This document shows positions 1 to 10,678 of a stretch of 64,000 nucleotides of DNA, in pieces. The notes beneath the pieces are model-generated. The model made no database searches and was not told the DNA's origin. It saw nothing but the letters and a program-made list of their open reading frames with translations. A program made the position numbers and the translations under genes. Each line of letters opens with the position of its first letter. Position 1 is the first letter of the stretch. Origin of the DNA: Bdellovibrionales bacterium (lineage in GTDB: Bacteria > Bdellovibrionota > Bdellovibrionia > Bdellovibrionales > UBA1609); NCBI GenBank assembly GCA_965261545.1, contig CBDHDF010000004.1, forward strand, positions 96,001-160,000, given 5' to 3'.

Positions 1-656
1 GATGCAGCGGAGTTCTTGGATACAGCAGAGCTTTTGGACGCAGGGAACTGCTTTTTGTTGCTAGGGTTTTCCATAGAATCCTGGTGGGTATTATGGTTTT
101 TGTATGTATCAAAGCTATAGTGACCTAGCATAAGGCCTTCGGTCATGGCAGAGGCGATATCTGTATCCGCTTCTCTTTTGAGAACATGGCAGGCACTATC
201 TATTTGTATGCAGGCCTTTTGAAAGTGATGGCTTTTTAGAAAATGAAGGACTGCTGTTGTCGCTTGGCGAAGGGTCTCTAGGGAAGCCTTTTCTGCATAC
301 CCCAGTCCCACAGAAACCAAGTGGTGGCCATCAGAAATTTCGACATTCCTAAAAATACAGATCTCTTTGAAGGAACCTCGAAGGCTACCTTCCTCTTTGG
401 CCGCGAGGAGGAAACTTGAAATTTGTGGATCCAAACCTTGGGTATGCAGGGCTTTATGGCTTTCCTTTGCTATCGATGCAGATGAGCGAGAAGGGTTTGG
501 TGAACGGAAAGAGGCAGAGGTGGCGGAGGAGAGGGAAGTCTTTCCACGGTTTGGTGATAGCGAAGCTGTAAATACAACGAGGCACTGGGCTGTGGTGTCT
601 TTGGTGCTTTTGGTGTCGGATGGAGATCGTTGGAATTGAATCTTTAAATTTTGCAT
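1..656 (-). CDS. pepA: Leucyl aminopeptidase (M17), N-terminal part; runs off the window edge
   Basis: Manual translation from ATG 656 (MQNLKIQFQ...) is open through ...LVSVGLG...ETLRQA...AMTEGLMLGHYSFDTYK, typical of the M17 N-terminal domain. Absent from the ORF track because the stop is outside the window. Confidence 0.75.
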   Translation of the reverse strand, partial: MQNLKIQFQRSPSDTKSTKDTTAQCLVVFTASLSPNRGKTSLSSATSASFRSPNPSRSSASIAKESHKALHTQGLDPQISSFLLAAKEEGSLRGSFKEICIFRNVEISDGHHLVSVGLGYAEKASLETLRQATTAVLHFLKSHHFQKACIQIDSACHVLKREADTDIASAMTEGLMLGHYSFDTYKNHNTHQDSMENPSNKKQFPASKSSAVSKNSAA

Positions 657-735
657 AGGGAGTTACATCCTCTTTTTTGCCGAGATAGTCAAATAGCTTT
701 CATTGTGAAAAGGCATTCATGACATGTCGTATAAT

Positions 736-766
736 GATAGGTCATAATGAGTCATTATGACCTATC
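736..766. promoter_or_regulatory. Perfect 15-1-15 palindrome in the divergent pepA/clpP intergenic region (possible operator)
   Basis: GATAGGTCATAATGA-G-TCATTATGACCTATC. Confidence 0.4.
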
Positions 767-1036
767 TGATAAATTCATAAAAAATCTTTGTGTCTATTTA
801 ATATAACTTTAAAAATGGCCGATAGGCAGTTTTATACTTGTGAAAGTTAGGAGAGATATAGAGATAGCTTAAGGTAAACCTTAGTTAGAGCTATAATTAT
901 GATTTTATAGCTAAAGTTTGCTAAGACTTATAGCTAAATAGTAAAAAACCTTTTGCGATATGAATGCCGATGAACTATTTAGAGGGATGCAGAAAGGTAA
1001 GCAAACAAAAAGGTTATAGAAAGAAGTGAGGATTCA

Positions 1037-1660
1037 TTGGCGTTAATACCTATAGTTATAGAGCAAACTCCACGGGGGGAGCGTAGTTACGATATCTACT
1101 CTCGCCTTTTAAAAGATAGAATCATTATACTTGGCTCGGTTGTCACCGACGATGTGGCCAACAGCATTATTGCCCAAGTGTTTTTTTTAGAAATGGAAAA
1201 TCCAGACAAAGATATCCATTTCTATATCAATTCACCGGGGGGGAGCGTCACGGCTGGCATGGCCATTTATGATATTATGCAGTTTATAAAGGTGGATGTT
1301 TGTACCTACTGTATGGGCATGGCGGCGAGTATGGGTTCTTTACTTCTTGCGGGAGGGGCCCCAAAAAAGCGTCATATCATGCCCCATGCTAGAGTTATGA
1401 TTCACCAACCTCTTCTTGGTGGAGGGGGCATCGCTGGTCAAGCCAGTGATATTGAGATTCATGCCAAAGAAATGATACATGTGAAGAATAAACTCACCGA
1501 TATTTATGTTAAGCACACAGGAAAATCATTTGAGGAACTTGAGAAGGCCATGGACAGGGATAATTTTATGAGTGCCGAGCAGGCCAAGGACTTTGGTCTT
1601 GTAGATACGATTGTAGAGAATAGAAAGGGTGATAAAAAGAGCCATCAAAAGGGTGATTAA
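1037..1660 (+). CDS. clpP: ATP-dependent Clp protease proteolytic subunit
   Basis: [26 protein letters not shown] (catalytic Ser), MIHQP. Confidence 0.98.
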   Translation: MALIPIVIEQTPRGERSYDIYSRLLKDRIIILGSVVTDDVANSIIAQVFFLEMENPDKDIHFYINSPGGSVTAGMAIYDIMQFIKVDVCTYCMGMAASMGSLLLAGGAPKKRHIMPHARVMIHQPLLGGGGIAGQASDIEIHAKEMIHVKNKLTDIYVKHTGKSFEELEKAMDRDNFMSAEQAKDFGLVDTIVENRKGDKKSHQKGD

Positions 1661-1723
1661 GAGGAACTCTTAGAAGAGTTCTTAATAGTAGAGAACTCTT
1701 AACAGTGAAGAAGGTTTTAGTTT

Positions 1724-3028
1724 ATGAGTAAGAAAGATAGTTACGGGTCACTTTGTTGTAGTTTTTGTGGAAAAAGCCAAAAAGAGGTTAAGAAACTTAT
1801 TGCAGGGCCAGGGGTCTATATTTGTGATGAGTGCATTGACCTTTGCAACGATATCATTGCAGAGGAAAAAGAGAGGGAGGAGGTTGGAAGGCACTTCCTT
1901 AAAGTTCCCAAGCCTGTGGATATTATGAAACACTTGGACGATTATGTCATTGGTCAAGAGCTTGCCAAGAAGGCTCTTTCTGTGGCTGTACACAACCATT
2001 ACAAGCGTGTTAATTCCTCCAAAAGTCGGAAAGAAGAAGTGGAAATTTCCAAAAGTAATATTTTGCTTATTGGTCCTACGGGTTCAGGTAAAACACTTCT
2101 TGCTCAAACCATTGCTAAGATATTAAATGTGCCTTTTGCCATGGCAGATGCGACAGCTCTGACAGAGGCTGGTTACGTGGGAGAAGATGTTGAGAATGTG
2201 GTTCTCAATTTACTACAAGCGGCAGACTACGATGTGGAAAGGGCCCAGCGTGGTGTGATATACATAGACGAGATTGACAAAGTGACTAGAAAGTCTGAGA
2301 ATCCATCCATCACCCGGGATGTCAGTGGAGAAGGTGTCCAGCAGGCTCTTCTCAAAATCCTTGAGGGTACGGTGGCCAATTTGCCTCCGAAAGGAGGGCG
2401 CAAACACCCTCAGCAAGAGTTTATCCAAGTGGACACTTCCAATATTCTCTTTATTGTGGGTGGTGCCTTTGTCGGTTTGGATAAGATTATTGAGAATCGT
2501 GTGACCAATAAGTCCTTGGGTATTGCCGCAGACATTCAAACAGAAAGTGAGAGGTTGGAGTCAAAGGAGAACATTCTCCAGAAAATTGTTCCAGGGGACT
2601 TAAGTCGATACGGCCTTATTCCCGAATTTATTGGGCGCCTTCCTGTGACAGCGGTTCTCGACTCTCTGGACGAGCCGGCTCTTATGAAAATTCTTATTGA
2701 ACCTAAGAATGCCCTTACCAAACAATATCAAAGGCTTTTTGAGTACGAAAATGTTCAACTCACATTTGCAGATGGCGCACTTAAGGCTGTGGCGCAGGAG
2801 GCCATAAAAAGAAACACAGGAGCCCGTGGGCTTCGTGGCGTTTTAGAAAGCTCAATGTTAGATATTATGTTTGAAATTCCTTCCATGGCCAACGTGAAAG
2901 AATGTATAATAAGTAAAGAAGTCATCACGGAAGGTGACAAACCTGAACTGGTTTTTAAGACTGATGCAGAGGTGAAGCGAGCGGAGCGAACAAGAGATAA
3001 GTCTGGTAAATCTGCTGAATCGGCTTAA
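1724..3028 (+). CDS. clpX: Clp protease ATP-binding subunit ClpX
   Basis: C4 zinc finger CSFC...CDEC, Walker [29 protein letters not shown]. Confidence 0.98.
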   Translation: MSKKDSYGSLCCSFCGKSQKEVKKLIAGPGVYICDECIDLCNDIIAEEKEREEVGRHFLKVPKPVDIMKHLDDYVIGQELAKKALSVAVHNHYKRVNSSKSRKEEVEISKSNILLIGPTGSGKTLLAQTIAKILNVPFAMADATALTEAGYVGEDVENVVLNLLQAADYDVERAQRGVIYIDEIDKVTRKSENPSITRDVSGEGVQQALLKILEGTVANLPPKGGRKHPQQEFIQVDTSNILFIVGGAFVGLDKIIENRVTNKSLGIAADIQTESERLESKENILQKIVPGDLSRYGLIPEFIGRLPVTAVLDSLDEPALMKILIEPKNALTKQYQRLFEYENVQLTFADGALKAVAQEAIKRNTGARGLRGVLESSMLDIMFEIPSMANVKECIISKEVITEGDKPELVFKTDAEVKRAERTRDKSGKSAESA

Positions 3029-3109
3029 CTCAAGCTTAAAAGCTTAACTTATGTATGAGGTAGCTCTGAGGTAGTTACGACTCAAGTTCAGGTGAGCCAA
3101 GGAGGACAG

Positions 3110-5719
3110 ATGTCTAATATAGTCAAGCCCCAGTCGTTGCCCCTTTTACCCCTACGCGATCTCATTGTATTTCCCCACATGATGATGCCTCTTTTTGTGG
3201 CACGAGAAAAAAGCATCAATGCCCTTGAAGAGGCTATGACCCAGCAAAGTGATATTATTCTTGCTGCCCAAAAGGATGCCAAGACCAACAGCCCCGAACC
3301 CAACGACATTTATAGGGTGGGGACCGTGGGGACGATCATTCAATTGCTCAGGCTCCCCGATGGAACTGTCAAAGTTCTCATTGAGGGAAAGCGGCGTGTG
3401 CTTATTAAGAATTTTCTTTGCGTGGATGACTTTTTCCTTGTGGAGTCTGAAGAGCTTGTGGAAATGGTTGAAAGTGAGAAAGAGGCCCTCGCCCTTGTAA
3501 GGTCTATTAAGTCCACCTTTGAAACTTATGTCAAATTGAACAAAAGAATTCCCCCAGAGATTCTCATGCGTGTGGCTAATATTGATGGTATTAGTGAGAT
3601 GGCCGACATTATTGCAGCCCAACTCAATCTTAAACTTGAAGACAAGCAAAAGATTCTTGAAATCACAGACCCTGGTCGGCGCTTGGAGGAACTCTTAAGT
3701 CTCATGACGGGAGAAATTGAGATATTGGAGGTGGAGAAAAAAATTCGTTATCGGGTCAAAAAGCAGATGGAAAAATCCCAAAAAGAGTATTATCTCAATG
3801 AGCAGATGCAGGCCATTCAAAAGGAACTGGGAGATAAGGATGACCACCAGGCCGAGTTGGAAGAATTGGAGCAAAAGTTTTCTGAGAAGAACCTGCCAGA
3901 GGTTGCCAAGAAAAAGATCAAACGAGAGATTAAGAAACTTAAAATGATGTCACCTATGAGTGCAGAAGCCGCTGTGGTGAGAAATTATGTGGATTGGATG
4001 TTGGACTTGCCTTGGCTGTACTACTCCGAGGAAAAGAAAGAGATCCATGGAGCGAAAGCCATCTTAGACGAAGATCACTGGGGTCTTGAAAAGGTCAAAG
4101 ACCGCATTGTGGAGCATCTATCGGTTCAAATACTTACAGATAAGCTAAATGGCCCCATATTGTGCCTTGTAGGTCCTCCAGGAGTGGGAAAAACCTCCCT
4201 GGCAAGATCGGTGGCAAGGGCCTTGGGGCGTTCGTTTGCTCGCATTTCCCTAGGTGGGGTTCGAGACGAAGCTGAGATTCGTGGTCATCGAAGAACCTAT
4301 GTGGGGGCCATGCCGGGAAAAATTATCCAGTCCCTTCGCAAGTGTGATACGGGAAATCCCCTTTTGTTGCTGGATGAAGTAGACAAAATGAGCATGGATT
4401 TTCGAGGAGACCCCTCGGCAGCCCTCCTTGAGGTTTTTGATCCTGAGCAAAATGTGAACTTTCAAGACCACTACATTGAATTAGAGTATGACCTTTCTCA
4501 GATTATGTTTATTACAACGGCCAATTCGATTCATCCTATTCCAAGGCCCCTTTTGGATCGTATGGAAGTGATCCATTTGGATGGATATATTGAAAAAGAA
4601 AAATTTAATATCGCTAAGAAATATTTAATTCCCAAGCAGTTGGAGCAACATGGGCTTGTAAAATACAATGTGGAATTTACTGAACCCTCGATTCGAGAAA
4701 TTATTTGCTCTTATACGAGGGAGGCGGGGGTTCGAGACTTGAACAGAAAAATTGCAAAAATCTGCCGAAAAAGTGCCAAGGATATTGTTCAGAAACAATC
4801 ACTGGACGAAGAAAAGCAAGTGGCAACGACAATGGCGGAGACAGCAAAAACGGCAACGACAAAGGTTAAAATTTCAGAAACAACGACAGGGGTTTCTGCA
4901 AAATCTTCAGCGAAGTCTTCCAAAAAATTTGCGATGGAGACTTCTGTGAAATCTTCCGCAAAATCTTCTTCCGCAAGAAAGTCTTTGCCTTCTGTTATTA
5001 GAATCACTCCTAAAAAGGTGCTGGAGTACTTGGGGGCTGACAAATACAAGCCTGGCAAGATTGAGGGCCAAGATGAAATTGGCCTTACCAATGGCATGGC
5101 TTGGACTCAGGTGGGGGGGGAGCTTCTTCCCATTGAGGCTTCTGTGGTTCCAGGACGAGGCAAGTTCTCCATCACAGGCCAGTTGGGGGATATTATGAAA
5201 GAATCTTGCTCCGCGGCCATGAGTTACGTTCGTTCCAGAGGGCCTTTGTTTGGTTTTGACAAAGAGTTTTATGCCAATATTGACGTACACATTCATGCCC
5301 CCGATGGGTCCATTCCCAAAGATGGTCCTTCGGCGGGGGTGGCCATCACCACAAGTATTGTGTCAGCGATGACAAAGATCCCCGTGAAAAGAACTGTGGC
5401 TATGACAGGTGAAGTGACTCTTCGTGGGCGCGTGCTCACCATCGGTGGTTTGAAAGAAAAGGTTCTTGCCGCCCACAGGGGAAGGATTAAGACCGTCATT
5501 ATTCCCAAGGAAAATGCTAAGGATATCAAAGATATTCCCAAGGAAATTCTCAAGGATCTCAAGGTGATTCTCGTTGATCATGTGGACCAAGTGCTCGTCA
5601 ACGCCCTTAACATCAAAACAGCTAAAGAGCTGTTCAAGGTGCGAAGCGATCGAGGTCTCGGCCTAAGAGCCCAGTACACAGGCCACTCCCAACACGTAAG
5701 CCCACCACAGCATCACTAG
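3110..5719 (+). CDS. lon: Lon protease
   Basis: LPLRD N-domain, [25 protein letters not shown] 3110 preceded by GGAGG. Confidence 0.97.
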   Translation: MSNIVKPQSLPLLPLRDLIVFPHMMMPLFVAREKSINALEEAMTQQSDIILAAQKDAKTNSPEPNDIYRVGTVGTIIQLLRLPDGTVKVLIEGKRRVLIKNFLCVDDFFLVESEELVEMVESEKEALALVRSIKSTFETYVKLNKRIPPEILMRVANIDGISEMADIIAAQLNLKLEDKQKILEITDPGRRLEELLSLMTGEIEILEVEKKIRYRVKKQMEKSQKEYYLNEQMQAIQKELGDKDDHQAELEELEQKFSEKNLPEVAKKKIKREIKKLKMMSPMSAEAAVVRNYVDWMLDLPWLYYSEEKKEIHGAKAILDEDHWGLEKVKDRIVEHLSVQILTDKLNGPILCLVGPPGVGKTSLARSVARALGRSFARISLGGVRDEAEIRGHRRTYVGAMPGKIIQSLRKCDTGNPLLLLDEVDKMSMDFRGDPSAALLEVFDPEQNVNFQDHYIELEYDLSQIMFITTANSIHPIPRPLLDRMEVIHLDGYIEKEKFNIAKKYLIPKQLEQHGLVKYNVEFTEPSIREIICSYTREAGVRDLNRKIAKICRKSAKDIVQKQSLDEEKQVATTMAETAKTATTKVKISETTTGVSAKSSAKSSKKFAMETSVKSSAKSSSARKSLPSVIRITPKKVLEYLGADKYKPGKIEGQDEIGLTNGMAWTQVGGELLPIEASVVPGRGKFSITGQLGDIMKESCSAAMSYVRSRGPLFGFDKEFYANIDVHIHAPDGSIPKDGPSAGVAITTSIVSAMTKIPVKRTVAMTGEVTLRGRVLTIGGLKEKVLAAHRGRIKTVIIPKENAKDIKDIPKEILKDLKVILVDHVDQVLVNALNIKTAKELFKVRSDRGLGLRAQYTGHSQHVSPPQHH

Positions 5720-6157
5720 TAAGCTATTAGTTATTTTATTATAAGGCTCCTCTCCTCTCGATGAGGGGCTTGAAAGTTCATGCGACGCCTCATGAGATTA
5801 CCTTTTATAAAAGGTAAACCTTCAGTAAAGCTTGGATATATGGGAAAGGACTTGGTCTAATTATGAATAGAATTATGAGTAAAAATATCATATTGAAATT
5901 TTTATTTTTCTTTTTGTGGGCCTATGATCTTTCAGCCCAAAGGGCACTAGCTCAAACTGTATCTGCTATCTATGGATTCGAACGTCATCCCCTTATAGAA
6001 ACTTCTGATCAGGATCAGACGCTTAATATTTTTGGCCCTGGAGGCCAAATTGTGGCTCAAGCGGTGAACGGTAAGATAGATTATTTACTTGTAGACCATC
6101 AGCGTTCCACCAGGGTTGTTCTTAACGAAGATAATAGCTTGATGGGAGGCTTTGACT

Positions 6158-7574
6158 CAATGCCGTTTCCTTAAGAAAAATCTCTTGAAATCATTAGATA
6201 AATCGACAAGAATAAGACTTGTTTTATTTTACACCCAACCCTCAACCAAGGAGTAAGTCACATGCAATCCAATATTGATCTCGAAAGCCCCCAAATGACG
6301 AGTTCGCGTCACAGATGACCATTTTATTCTACCAAAACTTGATTCTTCCTTCAAGCCAGAGCACCTTGTCGATCCAGAAAAACAAAAAAGGAATCGAAAA
6401 TTTAATCCTCAAATTTTCTTTTTTACCATTATCTATCTTATTTCAGGAACAAATTACGAAGGCTACCAAATCGCTCTTAAGACGGTATGGACTCATTTTG
6501 GTGACCTGCTTCTCATGCCAGTCAAAAGCAGTCTCAGCAAGATACGTCAAAGTATTTCTTACCTATTTTTCAAAGATATCTTTGAATCTCTGATTACAGA
6601 CTACGAACCATTGAGAAAAACGTTTCATGGTTTTTATATCTATGCCATAGATGGCGACCAATTAGCACTTCCTCGCTCTAAAGATCTTTTAAAGGAGGGT
6701 TATTGTGGGTACCCTTGCCCAAATGAGATGGAAACTCATTTCTTACGTATGTATCTATCTCATGCTTATGACGTTTTATCGGGTGTGACAAAGAATCTTT
6801 GCTATTCTCCCGCTCTCAACGAAATCGCCAATGCTATTCAAATGATAGGTAGTTTTGAGAGTAATAGCATAACTCTCTACGATAGGCTTTATTTATCTAC
6901 AGAGATTATTAAGGCCCATGCTCAAGCCAGTAACTTCTTTATTGCGCGTTGTAAGCGAGGCTCTACTTTTATCCCCATCGTAAATTTATTTAATGGCCCA
7001 GGTTAGTATTCACAAATGGTTATTGAGGGGGTGGTCATTCATCTCTATAAGTATAAAAACCCAAAGACTGGGGAGTTCTCTGTTTTGGCCACTAATCTTC
7101 CGCATGGCTCCTTGGACAAGAAGGATATGGTTGCTCTTTACTCTCGTCGTTGGGAAATAGAAACGACATTTCGTGATTTTACATCGACAATGAAAATGGA
7201 GCAGTGGCACTCAACAAGCCTTAATGGAATATTGCAAGAGCTGTATTCTTATTTTTGGCTCTTCAATTATACAAAGATTCAAATGAGCATAAATGAGGAT
7301 GAAGACAGTGTGAATCAGTTGGTAAAAAATGACTACAAAAAACCTAACTTTAAACTGATTCTTGATTTCATAATGGATAGCATCCCTCTTTTTGTTGCGG
7401 GGCTCTATCAGAAATTTAGGAAGCAGATAAAGTTGCTGATGAAGATTTCAATGGAGAAGAGGAGGCACTTCAAAAGAAGCTATGAAAGGTCTATCAAAAG
7501 CGCTGGGAGTTCTTTTAAAAGAAATAGCTTAACGCAGAGGCAGAGGGGTGTGGTGGCTTAAGGAAACGGCATTG
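6158..7574 (+). mobile_element. IS4-family insertion sequence (decayed)
   Basis: Perfect 18-bp IRs CAATGCCGTTTCCTTAAG (6158-6175 / 7557-7574); 10-bp TSD GGCTTTGACT (6148-6157 / 7575-7584). Confidence 0.92.
6262..7561 (+). pseudogene. IS4 DDE transposase with a frameshift near the 5' end and an in-frame TAG at 7004-7006
   Basis: AIDG, YDRLY and YSRRWEIETTFRDFT (YREK-like signature); ORFs 6515-7006 and 7016-7561 share a frame. Confidence 0.85.
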
Positions 7575-8304
7575 GGCTTTGACTATACTCCCTACGGAGA
7601 GACGAATTCCACGGGGGATGTGGATTCTGTGCCCTATCGCTACACGGGTCAACCCGTGAATTCTGGACTCAATAGCTATCATTTTCACCAGAGAGAATAC
7701 GCTCCAAATATTCTCCGCTTCACAAGTGTGGACCCAGTGTTAGCTGACAATTAAAATGCCCCACCGTCGCCAATGAAAAGTGGCCACTTTTCAGAGGAGG
7801 ACCTATGGTGATTTTTGGCATTGTCAACCGAGACGCATATAATCAATTGATATTACTCATAAAAAGGCTCCGAGCTGATAAGAACTCCTTTTGGGTTCTT
7901 GTCGACCTGGAAAGGGGCTCCGTGTTGGAGAGTCCTTCCATGACAGCCTATTCAGGTTCCATATTTCTCATTTGTAGACTGTTTCTGGATTTCAATGAGG
8001 TTAAATATATAGTCAAGAAAAGCCTGTTTAGGCTGTGCCCATTTTCTAAAGTATTTAAATTCCACAAGATTCCAACATTTGCCTCAATTTTCATGGAATT
8101 TCTTTTTGAAGACAGGCTTCCCTTAAAGCCGTCGCCAATTAAAATGTCCCACTTTCAATATGGAGGTTGTCGCCAATGAAAAGTGACCAATCTTCAGGGA
8201 GTGTTCAAATACTAGACAATGAAGTCTCTTCTTCTGATATAGATACTAAGCTCACAGAGTCCCTCCCTTTTGCAACTCAAAAGGTTAGCAATGAGGAGGA
8301 TCTT

Positions 8305-9771
8305 ATGATTAGTCAATACACTTTCGGCCGCATTCGTGACCTGAGTCACAGTGGTAAAAATAAGACAGAAATATCTCGTGAATTAGGGATCAATCGTAAG
8401 ACGGTGCGCAAGTACTGTAAGTCCAACACCCCACCGAAGTACAAGGCGAGGTCCAAAAGAACTCGCCCAGATCCCCTTAATGGATATATGGATCGGGTGA
8501 AGTACTTTTTGAAGTTGAACCCAAGTAACACCGCCCGTGAAATATATGAGCTATTAGTTGAGGAGGGTTATCGTGGGAGTGAGAGAACGGTTCAGAGAAG
8601 AGTTTGTGAGATTCTTGGTTCTCGCCCCAAGGAGCGTTTTTTCAGCCAAAGATATGATCCTGGAGAACAGGCTCAGTTTGATTTTAAGGAGAAGGTTGCT
8701 TTACCATTTGCCGATGGTGTTCAGATCGTTCATCTCCATTTTGGAACATTGCCTTGTAGTGGCACCTGTTGGGTTCGTGCCTACCCCTTTCTTGTCTATG
8801 AGTGTTTCATCGATGGGGTGCATGCTTTTTTTGAAAAGATAGGTGGGATGAGTGCGAACATCCGTATTGATAATTTATCTCCCTGTGTGAAGAAAGTTCT
8901 TAAAGGAAATCAGCGAATTTACACCCAATCTTTTGATCGAGCCATCCAATACTATGGATTTAAGGTTCTTCCCTGCCGCGCAGGGAAGGGCTCTGACAAG
9001 GGAGATGTGGAGCGTGATATTCGAACCTTCAGTTCTCGGATAAAAAATATTGTTAGAAACAAAGGAATTGTTTTTAAAGACTGGGATCATTTGAATCAGT
9101 TTTTAGAGTCTTATATGGATCAGCATCAGAGTGACTCCACCAAATCTCGCTTTGAGGAGGAGGCCAAAGTTCTTAAGCCTTTGCCTCCACGAGATGAAGA
9201 TATTCTCTGTAAGGTGAATATTTGTCAAAGTAATGGTTATGGGACTTTGAGAATAGGTAAAACCACATATTCCATACCTGATGAGGTGATCCAATCTCCC
9301 TGTAAAACCGTACAGGGTCCCTATCATGTCACGATCTATCGTGCAGGAGGGAAGCAAGAAATTGTCGCTCGCCATCAAAGAAAACCTGATGGGGAGCATA
9401 GTCTTCTTCTTGAACATATCCTTCCCTCTTTAGTTCGTAAGCCGCAAGCCATGGTAAGATGGGCTCACCGATCCATTCTTTTTCCAACAAATGTGTTTGA
9501 AAATTTTTATCAATACCTCAAGCAACAAGATTCAAGCCGTGCCGAGCATGAATATTTAAGAGTTATCAACTTGATTCAGCATGTGAGTTGGCAGGACTTA
9601 TCTACAGCCATGGAGCTTCAATTAGAAAGTCGTGAGATTTTCGACTTTAAATCCATAAAAGATTTGCTCTTAGGCAATCCCACCAAAATTAATTTGAATG
9701 ACCAACAAAAACCACTTCAACCTAGATTGTCTCAATATGACAGTCTTGTTCCAAACATAGGAGGTTCTTAA
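8305..9771 (+). CDS. istA: IS21 transposase IstA
   Basis: HTH ISRELGINRKTVRKY, PGEQAQFDF, IDN, KGDVE; ATG 8305 preceded by AGGAGG (ORF track starts at 8167). Confidence 0.93.
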   Translation: MISQYTFGRIRDLSHSGKNKTEISRELGINRKTVRKYCKSNTPPKYKARSKRTRPDPLNGYMDRVKYFLKLNPSNTAREIYELLVEEGYRGSERTVQRRVCEILGSRPKERFFSQRYDPGEQAQFDFKEKVALPFADGVQIVHLHFGTLPCSGTCWVRAYPFLVYECFIDGVHAFFEKIGGMSANIRIDNLSPCVKKVLKGNQRIYTQSFDRAIQYYGFKVLPCRAGKGSDKGDVERDIRTFSSRIKNIVRNKGIVFKDWDHLNQFLESYMDQHQSDSTKSRFEEEAKVLKPLPPRDEDILCKVNICQSNGYGTLRIGKTTYSIPDEVIQSPCKTVQGPYHVTIYRAGGKQEIVARHQRKPDGEHSLLLEHILPSLVRKPQAMVRWAHRSILFPTNVFENFYQYLKQQDSSRAEHEYLRVINLIQHVSWQDLSTAMELQLESREIFDFKSIKDLLLGNPTKINLNDQQKPLQPRLSQYDSLVPNIGGS

Positions 9772-10553
9772 TGAATCACGAAGAACTTATAGGTTCTCTT
9801 AAAAAACTCCGACTTCCAGCGATGGCGGATGAATATGTTGCAACGGCTAGAGTTGCCGAAAAAACAAAAAAGACGTATGAACAGTATTTAGGTATACTCG
9901 TTCAAAATGAGCTTGCTGACAAGCATTCCCAGAGAGTGAAAAGATTGCTTAAGGGGGCCAAGCTTCCTCAACTTAAATCACTCCAAACTTATAACTTCCA
10001 GAAAAGAACGGGAGTGACAGCTCAGCAAATTAATTGGATGGCAGAGGGAGAGTGGGTCAGAAAAGCCTGTAATGTTGTGTTTTACGGAAGCTTTGGAATG
10101 GGGAAAAGTCATTTGGCCATGTCCCTAGTTCGTTCACTCTGTGAACAAGGCTATCGATGTTTATGGGTCACCACTCATGAACTTATTGAAACAATGCGTG
10201 AAAGCAAGAAAGAACTCTCATTGAATGCTCTTTTTAAGAAATTAGACCGTTTTGATCTTATTGCTTGTGATGAACTTGGCTATACAGCTTCCTGCACAGA
10301 GGGGGCAGATCTTTTCTTTCAATTCATATCTCAGCGATATGAAAGGAAAAGTCTCATGATCACTACAAACTTAACATACTCTGAATGGGATAAGGTGTTT
10401 CTTAACCCTATTACCACCGCTGCTGCTGTTGATCGAATCATTCACAACTGTGAAACCCTCAACATTGAAGGAAAAGAAAGTTGGAGAACCGAATCGGCAA
10501 AAGCCAAGTCTAAACAGAGCAAAGAGGAAAGTTCAACCAAAGAAGTTCATTAG
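9771..10553 (+). CDS. istB: IS21 helper ATPase IstB
   Basis: GSFGMGKSHLA, DELGY, ITTNL, AAVDRIIH; TAATG overlap with istA. Confidence 0.95.
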   Translation: MNHEELIGSLKKLRLPAMADEYVATARVAEKTKKTYEQYLGILVQNELADKHSQRVKRLLKGAKLPQLKSLQTYNFQKRTGVTAQQINWMAEGEWVRKACNVVFYGSFGMGKSHLAMSLVRSLCEQGYRCLWVTTHELIETMRESKKELSLNALFKKLDRFDLIACDELGYTASCTEGADLFFQFISQRYERKSLMITTNLTYSEWDKVFLNPITTAAAVDRIIHNCETLNIEGKESWRTESAKAKSKQSKEESSTKEVH

Positions 10554-10580
10554 AGATCCCCACTTTTGGGGAAGGAACTC

Positions 10581-10678
10581 GCCAGTTATCCACAAAATTT
10601 ATCCACAGCAGCACTGCGTTGCTAGACATCGGGGTCACAGCCGCAGTGTCGCCATGGATAAATTTATGGATAACTGGC
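10581..10678. repeat. Imperfect ~37-bp inverted repeat containing DnaA boxes, inside the IS21 right end
   Basis: GCCAGTTATCCACAAAATTTATCCACAGCAGCACTGCG ... CGCAGTGTCGCCATGGATAAATTTATGGATAACTGGC; TTATCCACA at 10586-10594 and 10599-10607. Confidence 0.75.

Noticed and set aside
367..639. 90-aa plus-strand ORF
   Set aside because: Antisense shadow of pepA.
7548..7754. 68-aa ORF as a separate gene
   Set aside because: It is the middle piece of the interrupted Rhs gene, with IS-derived ends.
7805..8179. 124-aa ORF in the IS21 left end
   Set aside because: No recognisable motifs and it overlaps terminal repeat sites; unsupported as a gene despite an upstream GGAGG.
10586..10673. DnaA boxes as the chromosomal origin
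   Set aside because: They lie inside an IS21 element; no dnaA/dnaN context or AT-rich unwinding element.
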